DNA of 64,000 bases. Origin: Minisyncoccota bacterium. Its GTDB lineage: Bacteria; Patescibacteriota; Minisyncoccia; Phycocordibacterales; JBAYGS01. Below the pieces are notes generated by a model. The model had not been told where the DNA came from and searched no databases. It was given only the letters and a program-made list of their open reading frames with translations. The stretch spans positions 18,842-82,841 of the forward strand of contig JBAYGS010000005.1 of NCBI GenBank assembly GCA_041666545.1. The letters run 5' to 3'. Shown in pieces: positions 1-7,910 of this stretch. The first letter of the stretch is position 1, and each line of letters opens with the position of its first letter. The translations under genes and the position numbers were made by a program.

Positions 1-237
1 CGGAAGCCAGTTATAAAAACTCCCGAGGATCACTAAAATGTCGATGTCAAAATTACCGCCTTGCTTGGGCTGGATGCGCGTCTGACGTTGCAATGAACCA
101 ATCAGCTTTGTATTTACTGTGCCCATGTTGTTTTCGATAACGCTACGTACCGCATTGTGGCGTTGCTGAATAAGCACATTAAAAGTGTCGTTCAACTCGA
201 GGTTTGTTTTTAGCTTTTGGAATGCTTCAGCGATCAT
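1..237 (-). CDS. Pol-beta-superfamily nucleotidyltransferase, N-terminal 79 aa only; the gene runs off the left edge of the window
   Basis: Minus-strand ORF with ATG at 235-237 reads MIAEAFQKLKTNLELNDTF...IGSLQRQTRIQPKQGGNFDIDILVILGSF. It carries the G-S-x(9-13)-D-x-D nucleotidyltransferase core with an N-terminal helix. A cGAS/DncV-like (CD-NTase) or SMODS-like identity is possible but cannot be established from 79 residues. Confidence 0.45.
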   Translation of the reverse strand, partial: MIAEAFQKLKTNLELNDTFNVLIQQRHNAVRSVIENNMGTVNTKLIGSLQRQTRIQPKQGGNFDIDILVILGSFYNWLP

Positions 238-312
238 AATATGAACACATTCTACTCCTCGAGGTATTGTAATGTCAATCAAAGTAAAGTATGATTTAGA
301 GACACAAAAGCC

Positions 313-495
313 ATGAAAAAAGAACCGCAAGCATACTACACGCCAATGGAATTAGCCGAACTCCTGTCGGTCAATGTTATGACTATTTACCGGTACATCA
401 AGGCCGGCCGGCTGGCTGCTCACAAGATCGGCAAAGAGTACCGGATTGATCGCACTGAGTTTGAGAGGTTTATGACGAAAACAAAGACAAAATAA
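313..495 (+). CDS. Small helix-turn-helix DNA-binding protein, excisionase/AlpA-like family
   Basis: 60-aa ORF ...YTPMELAELLSVNVMTIYRYIKAGRLAAHKIGKEYRIDRTEFERF.... This is the typical Xis/MerR-like HTH module found beside recombinases. Confidence 0.65.
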   Translation: MKKEPQAYYTPMELAELLSVNVMTIYRYIKAGRLAAHKIGKEYRIDRTEFERFMTKTKTK

Positions 496-568
496 ATTTT
501 ATGAACGAAGCATATTCACGCGTCATTATCGATAAGAAGCTCTAGAGGGTTATGCTTCGGGAAGATTT

Positions 569-1540
569 ATGGAACAAGAAGATGTCAGAAAGTTTCTAGA
601 AGCAAGAGATATTCAAGAGGGTAAGCCGGTTTATCTTGAGTACGTGAAAAGAATGCTCACAAGACTATTTTATGCGGGTTATATCGAATATATACCCTGG
701 GAGGTTGGTAGGCGAAGAGCACAACACGAAGCCCTGATTGATTTGGTGACATATGAAAAAATACAGGAAAAACTAAAAGGTAGAACGACGACACATACAA
801 AAAATATCCTGAATGAAGACTTTCCACTTCGGAGTTTTGTCCTATGTTGTGTTTGTAAAAAGCCAGTTACCGCGAGTTGGAGTAGAGGTAGTAATGGAAA
901 GTTTCCTTATTACAGATGTAAAACAAAAGGTTGTGCAGAACATAATAAAAGTATTAGAAAAAAGGATATTGAGAGTGAGTTCGAAACTATTCTCGGAAGA
1001 ATAAAACCAAGCGAGCAAGTCTTGAATTTAACCAAGGCAATTGTTACTGACGTGTGGCGCAAGAAAGAAGCTGAAGGTGTTAATCAAAGGTTGGAGGTCG
1101 AAAGAGAGATAGGTAAGATTAAAGATGACAAGGAAAGATTTGTTCAGTTAGTTTCAAGGGCTACTAATGAAAATGTCGTAGCTTCTTACGAACAGAAAAT
1201 CGGTGCTCTTGTTGAAAGTGAGGTAGTTCTAAGAAATTCCTTGATGTCTATGGCTGAACATAAACCAAACATTGAAACTGCTTTAGATATTGTTTTTGAT
1301 TTTCTTAAAAACCCCTTAAAACAATGGCAGAAGGGTAGCATTCATACCAAGAAGTTGGTTTTAAAGTTGGTTTTTGAGCAGAATTTGGCCTACAACAAAA
1401 ATAGCGGGTTTGAAACCGCTATTTTGTCGCTCCCCTTAAGGGTATTTACCCTCCCAGAGGTTCAAAAATCGTCACTAGTGGAGATGGTGGGAGTTGAACC
1501 CACGTGCAAAGAGGATAGAAAGACGGATCTACAAGCTTAG
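569..1540 (+). pseudogene. Large serine recombinase, C-terminal fragment only (zinc-ribbon and coiled-coil part); the N-terminal resolvase catalytic domain is missing and the 3' end reads through into the tmRNA 3' region
   Basis: FVLCCVCKKPVTASWSRGSNGKFPYYRCKTKGCAEHNKSI matches the zinc beta-ribbon of large serine recombinases. An in-frame stop lies 11 codons upstream of the first Met (TAA at 533-535), so no catalytic domain can be fused. The last 20 codons (MVGVEPTCKEDRK...) are the antisense of the tmRNA T-arm. Confidence 0.55.
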
Positions 1541-1859
1541 CTTGTTTGATATTCCACAGACTACATAACAAGCAACATGCCTGTGGCTTTATTCCTAATT
1601 TTCGAACCTAAGGCGGAACGAGCTTAGATTCTATTCCGAATTTATGACACCAAATTTGCCGTATCGGACATCTGGCAGTTGGCGCCGCTTACGATCGAAC
1701 GTAAGCGAAAGCGAAATCCTGTGCTCCGAAAAACGGAGAAACTACAGACTTAGCCTTTGATAGTGCAGTTTTTGCAGTTATCTTTGAGACAGATTAAAGA
1801 GTTATCTCGGCTCTGCTTGCGCGGCTTAATATCTTTCTTCGTCAAAGCCGGTCATCCCC
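1479..1859 (-). ncRNA. ssrA: tmRNA (SsrA), about 381 nt
   Basis: The minus-strand 5' end GGGGATGACCGGCTTTGACG matches the tmRNA 5' consensus GGGGCUGAUUCUGGAUUCGACG. The 3' end GCACGTGGGTTCAACTCCCACCATCTCCA matches the E. coli tmRNA 3' end GGACGCGGGUUCAACUCCCGCCAGCUCCA (tRNA-Ala-like T-arm and acceptor). The 5' GGGGATG pairs with the 3' CATCTCC, including a G-U pair. smpB lies immediately upstream on the same strand. An internal hairpin CGCTTACGttcgatCGTAAGCG carries a TAA in its 3' strand, as in tmRNA helix 5. Confidence 0.75.
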
Positions 1860-1960
1860 ATATTAGTTATAAGTTTTAAAGTTCGCTCGCCGACTCGCTT
1901 AAAGTTTTAAAGTCTTAACTTCAAAACTTCCAAACTTCCAAACTGAAGCGGAGCGCACCT
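1860..1960. repeat. ssrA upstream region holding AAGTTTTAAAG x2 and ACTTCCAAACTTCCAAACT motifs, related to the AAGTTTGGAAGTTTGGAAGTCTTAACT family
   Basis: Shares GTCTTAACT...AACTGAAGCGGAGCG with 27985-28054 and the TTGGAAGTTTGGAAG motif, in inverted arrangement, with 23077-23108, 52884-52907 and 55401-55420. Confidence 0.5.
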
Positions 1961-1962
1961 TC

Positions 1963-2409
1963 TCAACTATTTTTCAAGGTTCGTCTGATTTCTCGCTCGC
2001 CTTCGCGCTTCTTGATTGTCTCGCGCTTGTCGAATTTCTTTTTACCGCGGACCACCGCAATTTCGAGTTTAATCAGGTTCTTACTATTATACACCGAAAG
2101 TGGCACGATTGTCAAACCCTTCTTACTCTCCTTCCCCAAAAGCTCGGCAATCTCTTTTTTCGTGAGCAAAAGCCGGCGGTTTCGGCGTGAATCGTAATCT
2201 TTCGGGGTGTTATTAATCTGATACGGCGGAATATGTGCACCGATGAGATAGGCTTCACCGCCCCTAATTGTAATATGCGAACCTTCAAGCGAGCCTTGGC
2301 CACTACGCAAAGATTTCACTTCCAAACCTAAAAGCTCCATCCCGGCATTGTATTTATCCAGAACTTCATAATTAAAGTGGGCTTTTCGATTTTCGATTAG
2401 ATTTGCCAT
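1963..2409 (-). CDS. smpB: SsrA-binding protein SmpB
   Basis: MANLIENRKAHFNYEVLDKYNAGMELLGLEVKSLR... is the canonical SmpB N-terminus. It lies adjacent to tmRNA. Confidence 0.9.
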   Translation of the reverse strand: MANLIENRKAHFNYEVLDKYNAGMELLGLEVKSLRSGQGSLEGSHITIRGGEAYLIGAHIPPYQINNTPKDYDSRRNRRLLLTKKEIAELLGKESKKGLTIVPLSVYNSKNLIKLEIAVVRGKKKFDKRETIKKREGEREIRRTLKNS

Positions 2410-2500
2410 ATTTGACCAAATAACCCCACTATGTTATCATATTTTTAGAAAGAAGTACTAATTCTGTAGTTCGACAATTCAACTTCAAAAGAAGGGCTGT

Positions 2501-2956
2501 ATGGACAACCTACTCTACTATATCGGGAATGACCAATTTTGGGTCGGCTTGTTTATCGGGGTGCTCACAATCCTTTTTCTGTCTCTTTTCGCCCCGCATC
2601 TTTTTCGGGTGTTGAGCCGGAAATGTTCCGTCTGTGACCACACCGTTTTGAAACGGCCCCGCCGAGTATTCCGGATCAAAGACCGCCCCGGTTGGTACGG
2701 CAACTTCATCTTCAAAAATTGTGAGCGGTGCCACCACATCTCCGGCATCTCCTATGATCGGCCGATGAGCAACTACCGAATTTGGTGGATAAGCTTTTGG
2801 GAGCCGGAAGTGTTTCGTTATGGCGACGACGAGAAGAAGCTTTTCCGGAACGCCGGGCTGGTCCTCCCGAGCAATTTTGAAGTCATCCAGCCGATAGCCA
2901 GACAGCCACGCTTTGTGGCCAAACTGGCCTCGGTCTGCCACGCCCTGTCGTGGTAA
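2501..2956 (+). CDS. Hypothetical protein with an N-terminal TM helix and CxxC...CxxC zinc-ribbon-like motifs
   Basis: 151-aa ORF. An antisense ORF of similar length (2510..2941) exists, so the strand choice rests on the TM plus CSVCDH...CERCHH architecture. Confidence 0.35.
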   Translation: MDNLLYYIGNDQFWVGLFIGVLTILFLSLFAPHLFRVLSRKCSVCDHTVLKRPRRVFRIKDRPGWYGNFIFKNCERCHHISGISYDRPMSNYRIWWISFWEPEVFRYGDDEKKLFRNAGLVLPSNFEVIQPIARQPRFVAKLASVCHALSW

Positions 2957-3050
2957 TCAGTTTCAATCAAACCCCCAAGCGCAAGCGCGGGGGTTTTCTT
3001 TTGACATCCGAGACAGAAGGAGTAGTATCAAAAACAGAAAGGGCTTCATT

Positions 3051-3392
3051 ATGAGTAAATTCAGTGGCATAAATCCGGAACAATTCTTTGATGTTGCAGA
3101 GAAAGTAGCGAGAATCGTGGCCGCCAATAAAGGCCTCGCGGTGTGGCGAGGACGCTGTGCTGGCTTCTTCCAACCAAGACCAGACGAGGCGGAGTGCCTA
3201 CTTGTCGGCCTCCCCGACGAACAGACCCCTCCGCCCAAGTCCTCTGTCGGACTCGCCGTCACCTTCGGCCACAGTGGCAGTATGGAACTGACAGCCACGG
3301 GTTTCTATGAGTTTGTGCCATTCGGTGGTGGCTGGCACCCCTTGGCCGAACTTGAAAAAAAGCTGGAGGAGCTCCCGAACTTTTTAACCTGA
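3051..3392 (+). CDS. Hypothetical protein (113 aa from the internal Met)
   Basis: ATG at 3051 is preceded by a sigma70-like promoter (TTGACA at 3001, 16-nt spacer, TAGTAT) and GAAAGGG. The ORF track begins further upstream at 2913, but that start overlaps the previous gene. Confidence 0.45.
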   Translation: MSKFSGINPEQFFDVAEKVARIVAANKGLAVWRGRCAGFFQPRPDEAECLLVGLPDEQTPPPKSSVGLAVTFGHSGSMELTATGFYEFVPFGGGWHPLAELEKKLEELPNFLT

Positions 3393-3481
3393 TCCAAATC
3401 ACAAATCCCCGATTTCGGGGATTTTTCTTTGACAGAAAGACATGGGAGCGTAGTATATGAACCGGAAAGGAAACTCGTCTC

Positions 3482-3820
3482 ATGAAAAGAATCGAGGCCG
3501 TAATTCAACCGCACACTTTGGATGATGTGAGAAAGGCGCTCATCGCAATCGGCGTGGAAGGCATGACGGTTTTTGAGGCCAAAGGCTTCGGCCGACAACA
3601 CGGCCACACCGAAATCTATCGGGGTAGTGAATACGATTACCATTTCGTGCCGAAAATTTATATCTTGTTGATGGTCAAAAAGTCCCAAGTGAAACAGGTG
3701 GTCGCGACTATTCGCGAAGCAGCCAACACCAAAAAAATCGGCGCCGGCAAAATCTTCGTCTCTCCCCTCGAGGACGCGATCCGAATTCGCACCAACGAAG
3801 ACGGTGAAGGGGCTCTTTAG
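3482..3820 (+). CDS. glnB: Nitrogen regulatory protein P-II (GlnB/GlnK family)
   Basis: MKRIEAVIQPHTLDDVRKALIAIGVEGMTVFEAKGFGRQHGHTEIYRGSEY...GKIFVSPLEDAIRIRTNEDGE matches E. coli GlnB closely. The T-loop GFGRQxGHTExYRG and Tyr51 are conserved. Confidence 0.85.
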   Translation: MKRIEAVIQPHTLDDVRKALIAIGVEGMTVFEAKGFGRQHGHTEIYRGSEYDYHFVPKIYILLMVKKSQVKQVVATIREAANTKKIGAGKIFVSPLEDAIRIRTNEDGEGAL

Positions 3821-3832
3821 AAAGGAAACCTC

Positions 3833-4420
3833 ATGACTGCCGAAAAACTGCTTGAGACAATCGAAATCTATCAGAATTTTTTTGTCGAGTCGGGTTTCAA
3901 AAAGGCCGGGCAACTGCACGACGAGCTCCCGGCCTTCCCACAGGTGAGGACGGCGGAGGCGCCATTTAGAGAGGAAGGAGCGATTCCTGAAGAACTACTT
4001 GAGGCAATCGAAACCTACCGGAAATTCTTCGTCGAATCAGGCTTCAAGAAAACTGAACACCTGCACGACGAACTTCTAACCAGCGACCAGTCCGGGTTCG
4101 AACACTGCCACGGAATGCTGGACCGAATGGTCAAGTTTGTTCAAGAAGGGCGGTTGGAAAAAGCTTTTCGCTGGCTCGGCTTTATCCAAGGTTTCCTCTG
4201 GTCAAGGCGAGTTTTCGCCCTAGCCGAACACAATGACAAGGCCGGATTTGAGCACTGCCACGGCATGCTGGACCCAATGGTTAGATTCGTTCATGAAGGA
4301 AGGTTGGAAAAAACTTTCCGTTGGCTTGGCTTTATCCAGGGTTTCCTCTGGGCCCATCGGATCTACACCTTGGCCGAAATCAAAGACCATAATCGGTCCA
4401 AAGGTCTGCTTGACCCTTAG
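3833..4420 (+). CDS. Hypothetical protein built from two pairs of internal tandem repeats (FFVESGFKK...LHDEL x2; GFEHCHGMLDxMVxFVxEGRLEKxFRWLGFIQGFLW x2)
   Basis: Direct tandem duplication is visible at both the protein and DNA level (3840-3920 vs 3990-4070; 4085-4230 vs 4235-4385). The gene starts 13 nt after the glnB stop. Confidence 0.5.
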   Translation: MTAEKLLETIEIYQNFFVESGFKKAGQLHDELPAFPQVRTAEAPFREEGAIPEELLEAIETYRKFFVESGFKKTEHLHDELLTSDQSGFEHCHGMLDRMVKFVQEGRLEKAFRWLGFIQGFLWSRRVFALAEHNDKAGFEHCHGMLDPMVRFVHEGRLEKTFRWLGFIQGFLWAHRIYTLAEIKDHNRSKGLLDP

Positions 4421-4479
4421 GCAAAGTAAAACCCCTCACCTGCATGCAGGGAGGGGTATTTTCTTGTCCGAAAGAAACG

Positions 4480-4935
4480 CTAGGTGCGCTCTTCGGAGTG
4501 ACGACAATCCGGATTGGTGCATTCGTAATAATGAACTCTCGAACCGCAACCGGGCGAAATGCCACCAGATTTCATCGGAGCCCAACAGACTGCACAAATT
4601 TGAGTAGGACCAGCGAGTGGCTTGGTCACAATCAGCTTACAGTGTTTACACACCTTGGCAGTCAAGACGGACTCGCCAGGCTTCCGAACCCGATGTTCCA
4701 GAAACTGGTGACAGCACTTGCTTTGGATCTCGTGGATCAACTTGAAGATTCGGTGCCAGCGGAGAAACAAACTTTCGGCGGTCCCCCGCAGGAGATCGAG
4801 CTCGCCGCGAATTTGCGAATCAGTCGGAAAATTTTCCGGACCGAGAAAGGCGCGGGTTTGTTCCAACGATTGGAAGTAGGCCCAGACCCATTTAAGTCGT
4901 TCCAGCTGTTCTTCGGAAATTTCAGTTTCATTCAT
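4480..4935 (-). CDS. Hypothetical Cys-rich (zinc-ribbon-like) protein
   Basis: 151 aa with CKHCKL...CAVCW...CTNPDCRH clusters. It was chosen over the overlapping plus-strand ORF 4444..4992 on motif coherence only. Confidence 0.35.
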   Translation of the reverse strand: MNETEISEEQLERLKWVWAYFQSLEQTRAFLGPENFPTDSQIRGELDLLRGTAESLFLRWHRIFKLIHEIQSKCCHQFLEHRVRKPGESVLTAKVCKHCKLIVTKPLAGPTQICAVCWAPMKSGGISPGCGSRVHYYECTNPDCRHSEERT

Positions 4936-5044
4936 GTAAAAAACCTTTCCGCTATAAGAGTACTCCGACTGGCCACAGCGTCAAGCCCTTAGCTTGAAAA
5001 AACTGAGGGTGCATGCTAAACTGAATCCCTAATAAAAATCTCAC

Positions 5045-5554
5045 TTGATTAAAGCCAGAATCAATCACCAAATCCGAGCCAGTGAACTTCGAGTTATCGG
5101 CCCCGAGGGCGAAAATTTAGGCGTCATTACCCTATCCGAAGCCATTAAGAAAGCTTCCGACCTCGGTTTAGACCTAATTGAAATTTCTCCAAACGCCAAT
5201 CCGCCAATCGGCAAGATTATGGATTTCGGAAAATACCAGTACGACGAGAAGAAAAAAGAAAAAGAGGCTAAATCACACGCCCACACCGTCGAAGTCAAAA
5301 CCATCCAAATTAAAATCGGTACTGGTGAACACGACCTTGGCCTGAAAGCCAAGAAAATTTCAGAGTGGCTGAAGGAAGGCAACCGAGTCAAAATCGAATT
5401 GTTCTTGATGGGCCGAGCCAAATATCTAGACAAAAAATTCTTGGAGGAGCGACTGGAAAGAGTACTTAAATTCGTCACTGAAGAGTACAAAATGACCGAA
5501 GCCCCCCAAAAAGGCCTAAAAGGCTTGTCGGTGATGATTGAGAAGAAAAAATAA
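5045..5554 (+). CDS. infC: Translation initiation factor IF-3
   Basis: ...ELRVIGPEGENLGVITLSEAIKKASDLGLDLIEISPNANPPIGKIMDFGKYQY... is canonical IF-3. The first codon appears to be TTG, and IF-3 genes typically use non-AUG starts. Confidence 0.85.
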   Translation: MIKARINHQIRASELRVIGPEGENLGVITLSEAIKKASDLGLDLIEISPNANPPIGKIMDFGKYQYDEKKKEKEAKSHAHTVEVKTIQIKIGTGEHDLGLKAKKISEWLKEGNRVKIELFLMGRAKYLDKKFLEERLERVLKFVTEEYKMTEAPQKGLKGLSVMIEKKK

Positions 5555-5706
5555 TAATACCAATCAACTAATTCAACGCCAATCAACTAATGACGAATAG
5601 TAGAATTAGGATATTCGTAGATTGGAATAAGATTAGTAGATTAGTATTTCACATCTAGACTTTTTTAAGCCAATAGTGTAATATTCCAGTCTGTTATTAA
5701 ACCCGT

Positions 5707-5892
5707 ATGAAAACCAACAAGTCTTACAAAAAGCGGTTAAAAGTGACCAAAAGTGGTAAAATCTTGTCCCGAAAACAGGGCCAAAACCATTTTAATGCCA
5801 AGGAACGCCGAGGTCAGAAATCAACCAAAGGACGAATGTCGTCAGTCGTGATGAGCAACAAATCACGCTCTCGTTTCCTTTCCGGCATCTAA
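5707..5892 (+). CDS. rpmI: 50S ribosomal protein L35
   Basis: MKTNKSYKKRLKVTKSGKILSRKQGQNHFNAKERRGQKSTKG is the L35 signature. It sits in infC-rpmI-rplT order. Confidence 0.85.
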   Translation: MKTNKSYKKRLKVTKSGKILSRKQGQNHFNAKERRGQKSTKGRMSSVVMSNKSRSRFLSGI

Positions 5893-5936
5893 TTTTCCCC
5901 ACTACCCACTACTTACTACTAACTACTAACTAATTC

Positions 5937-6281
5937 ATGACCCGAGTTAAAAAAGCCGTAAACGCTCTAAAATACCGCCGAAACCTTTTGAAGATGACAA
6001 AGGGTTTTCGTTTTCGACGATCCAAGACTGAGCGAGCCGCTCAAGACGCCATCCTCCACGCCGGCGCCTACGCCTTCGCCCACCGACGAGACAAGAAGGG
6101 TGATTTCCGAAGACTTTGGAACATCAAGATTGGCGCCCAAGCTAAAACTCTCGGTACCTCCTACAGCAAATTTATCGGGGCTTTGAAAAAGAAAAATATC
6201 GCTTTGGATAGAAAAATTCTCGCCACCCTGGCCGAGTTTAAGCCGGAGACCTTCAAGAGAGTCGTGGAACAGAGCAAATAG
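5937..6281 (+). CDS. rplT: 50S ribosomal protein L20
   Basis: MTRVKKAVNALKYRRNLLKMTKGFRFRRSKTERAAQDAILHAGAYAFAHRRDKK is canonical L20. Confidence 0.9.
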   Translation: MTRVKKAVNALKYRRNLLKMTKGFRFRRSKTERAAQDAILHAGAYAFAHRRDKKGDFRRLWNIKIGAQAKTLGTSYSKFIGALKKKNIALDRKILATLAEFKPETFKRVVEQSK

Positions 6282-6317
6282 AATTTGGATTCAAGATTCA
6301 TGATTCAGGAATAAGCA

Positions 6318-6352
6318 CCAAAAGACCGCTCGGAAGCGGTTTTTTGGTGCGC
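6318..6352 (+). terminator. Rho-independent terminator after rplT
   Basis: GCACCAAAAGACCGCTCGGAAGCGGTTTTTTGGTGC is a hairpin followed by a T-run. Confidence 0.6.
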
Positions 6353-6480
6353 TCCGTTTTATCTTGACAAGACTAACTAAATGTGTATTTCTGGGACAGA
6401 ACCGTAAGCCTAAAAATAGGCTTTGAAAACAAAGGCCCTAAAGCAGGTCTGACCTGCTCGGGCAAGAAAGTGAGCAAAAA

Positions 6481-7851
6481 ATGCAAACTGAAGCACCAGC
6501 AAAACCGGTACAAACCGGCATGAAGATTGTCTTAAACGGCGGAGGCACCAGAATGGACTCGGCCACCATACCAATCCAGTGGGGCTTTTCCGAAGCTGTC
6601 GCCAAACGCAAGCCGACTCACCTACTCATCATTGAGCAGACCGAGTACGAGGCAAAGTGCGAGGAAAAGACATTTCGGGGAGATTCGGGACGTCGAAGAA
6701 TTGTCCCAGTCTCAAGGGTGATTGAGTACCTCCAGATTTATTCGCCCGGCAAACACCGAATTGCCGTCGTCGCTCTGTCGAACAGCCAGGAAGAAAATTC
6801 CTACGACCCGCCTGAAAAGCAGGCGGCGATATTCCGACAAAATTTGGAAGGCCTGCTCGTAACATGCAGAAACAGTTATGAATACCGCACCAGTCTTACC
6901 TGGCGAGCGATTCTCGAGCTAGCAAACGATGACAGCAAGAGCGAATGGATCTGTGTCGGCGCCGCAGTCGCGGAAATTGAAGTCCCGGAAAATCTCTTCG
7001 CCAAGGTGAGTGAGAATCCGGTCATGAAATTTCTCTACCGGTGCGCCAACCGTTGGTGCTCAAAGGGCCCGCGTGACCAATGTGAATATCGCAAGCGCCT
7101 TTTGTTTTACGCCTTACCGAAAACCCTCATCTGGCTTATCGGCTGGGCCTTCAGTCTCACGGTCGGGACAATTGTGTCTGCAGTTGCGATAAGTCTCCGC
7201 CTACTCGTCCTCTATCTCGGCTGGAGACCGGCCGGAATTTTGGAGAATATCTCAATGTTCTTCTCGAGGCCGATCCTCGATTGGACATTGGGAGATATGA
7301 ACATCAATCGGGGCGATAACTACAAATATCGTGTCTGGGAAGTCGACACGAGTTATCCGTACAAAGTTCAGGCTACGATGCCGGTAACCGGGATCGAGGC
7401 AACCTTGATACTGCTCGCTGGCTTAATAAGCTGGAACATCTTGCGGAATGTTGAGATGTCTCATGTCACCAGGAGCTTCAATCTAAGTTTTGCCACAATT
7501 TTCGTTGTGGCATTCCTGGCCATCATGATCTGGCGGTTTGTGCCAGTAATGCCGGGTTGGGATAAGTTGGGCCGTTGGTACCGAAAATACCGACAAGACC
7601 GCTTGACCATCAAGACCCTACAGAAGGAACAGAAGAAAAAGGCCGCTCAAGAGGCTGCCAAGATGGAACTGGCCAAACCTGATCCTTACACCAACTGGCT
7701 GATGAAAGAGATGTCTCTTAAATCGGTGCCAGCCAAGGTTGACACCAGTCACCTGCCAAAACCGCTGACCATCACTGGCCAAGCGAGCAAGGTGGTGCGT
7801 GTCACCTTCTGGGGCGCCAAAACTCGGGTGTGCAAACCTTACGCGAGGTAG
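6481..7851 (+). CDS. Hypothetical protein: a roughly 200-aa soluble N-terminal region, then four or five TM helices and a charged C-terminal tail
   Basis: 456-aa ORF with no recognisable catalytic motif. A terminator hairpin at about 7875-7905 (GGCGGAAGCTTCGCTTCCGCCGTTTTTT) follows it. Confidence 0.45.
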   Translation: MQTEAPAKPVQTGMKIVLNGGGTRMDSATIPIQWGFSEAVAKRKPTHLLIIEQTEYEAKCEEKTFRGDSGRRRIVPVSRVIEYLQIYSPGKHRIAVVALSNSQEENSYDPPEKQAAIFRQNLEGLLVTCRNSYEYRTSLTWRAILELANDDSKSEWICVGAAVAEIEVPENLFAKVSENPVMKFLYRCANRWCSKGPRDQCEYRKRLLFYALPKTLIWLIGWAFSLTVGTIVSAVAISLRLLVLYLGWRPAGILENISMFFSRPILDWTLGDMNINRGDNYKYRVWEVDTSYPYKVQATMPVTGIEATLILLAGLISWNILRNVEMSHVTRSFNLSFATIFVVAFLAIMIWRFVPVMPGWDKLGRWYRKYRQDRLTIKTLQKEQKKKAAQEAAKMELAKPDPYTNWLMKEMSLKSVPAKVDTSHLPKPLTITGQASKVVRVTFWGAKTRVCKPYAR

Positions 7852-7910
7852 GCACTCAAGGTTCTTCAAAGACCAACGGCGGAAGCTTCGCTTCCGCCGT
7901 TTTTTAATTC

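Larger units (their letters stand above)
1..1478. mobile_element. Remnant of an integrative element inserted at the 3' end of ssrA (nucleotidyltransferase fragment, Xis-like HTH, truncated serine recombinase); the left boundary is outside the window
   Basis: A recombinase fragment and an excisionase-like gene sit directly against the tmRNA 3' end, which is a classic island attachment site. The recombinase is truncated. Confidence 0.5.

Noticed and set aside
813-1004. 63-aa ORF inside the recombinase fragment in another frame.
   Set aside because: It is nested in the recombinase zinc-ribbon region. No support.
2510-2941. Minus-strand 143-aa ORF antisense to 2501..2956, and similar antisense ORFs inside tuf, fusA, secY, the large ATPase and pgk (for example 33075..33407, 35972..36502, 12512..12904).
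   Set aside because: These are overlapping frames within confidently identified genes. There is no motif support.
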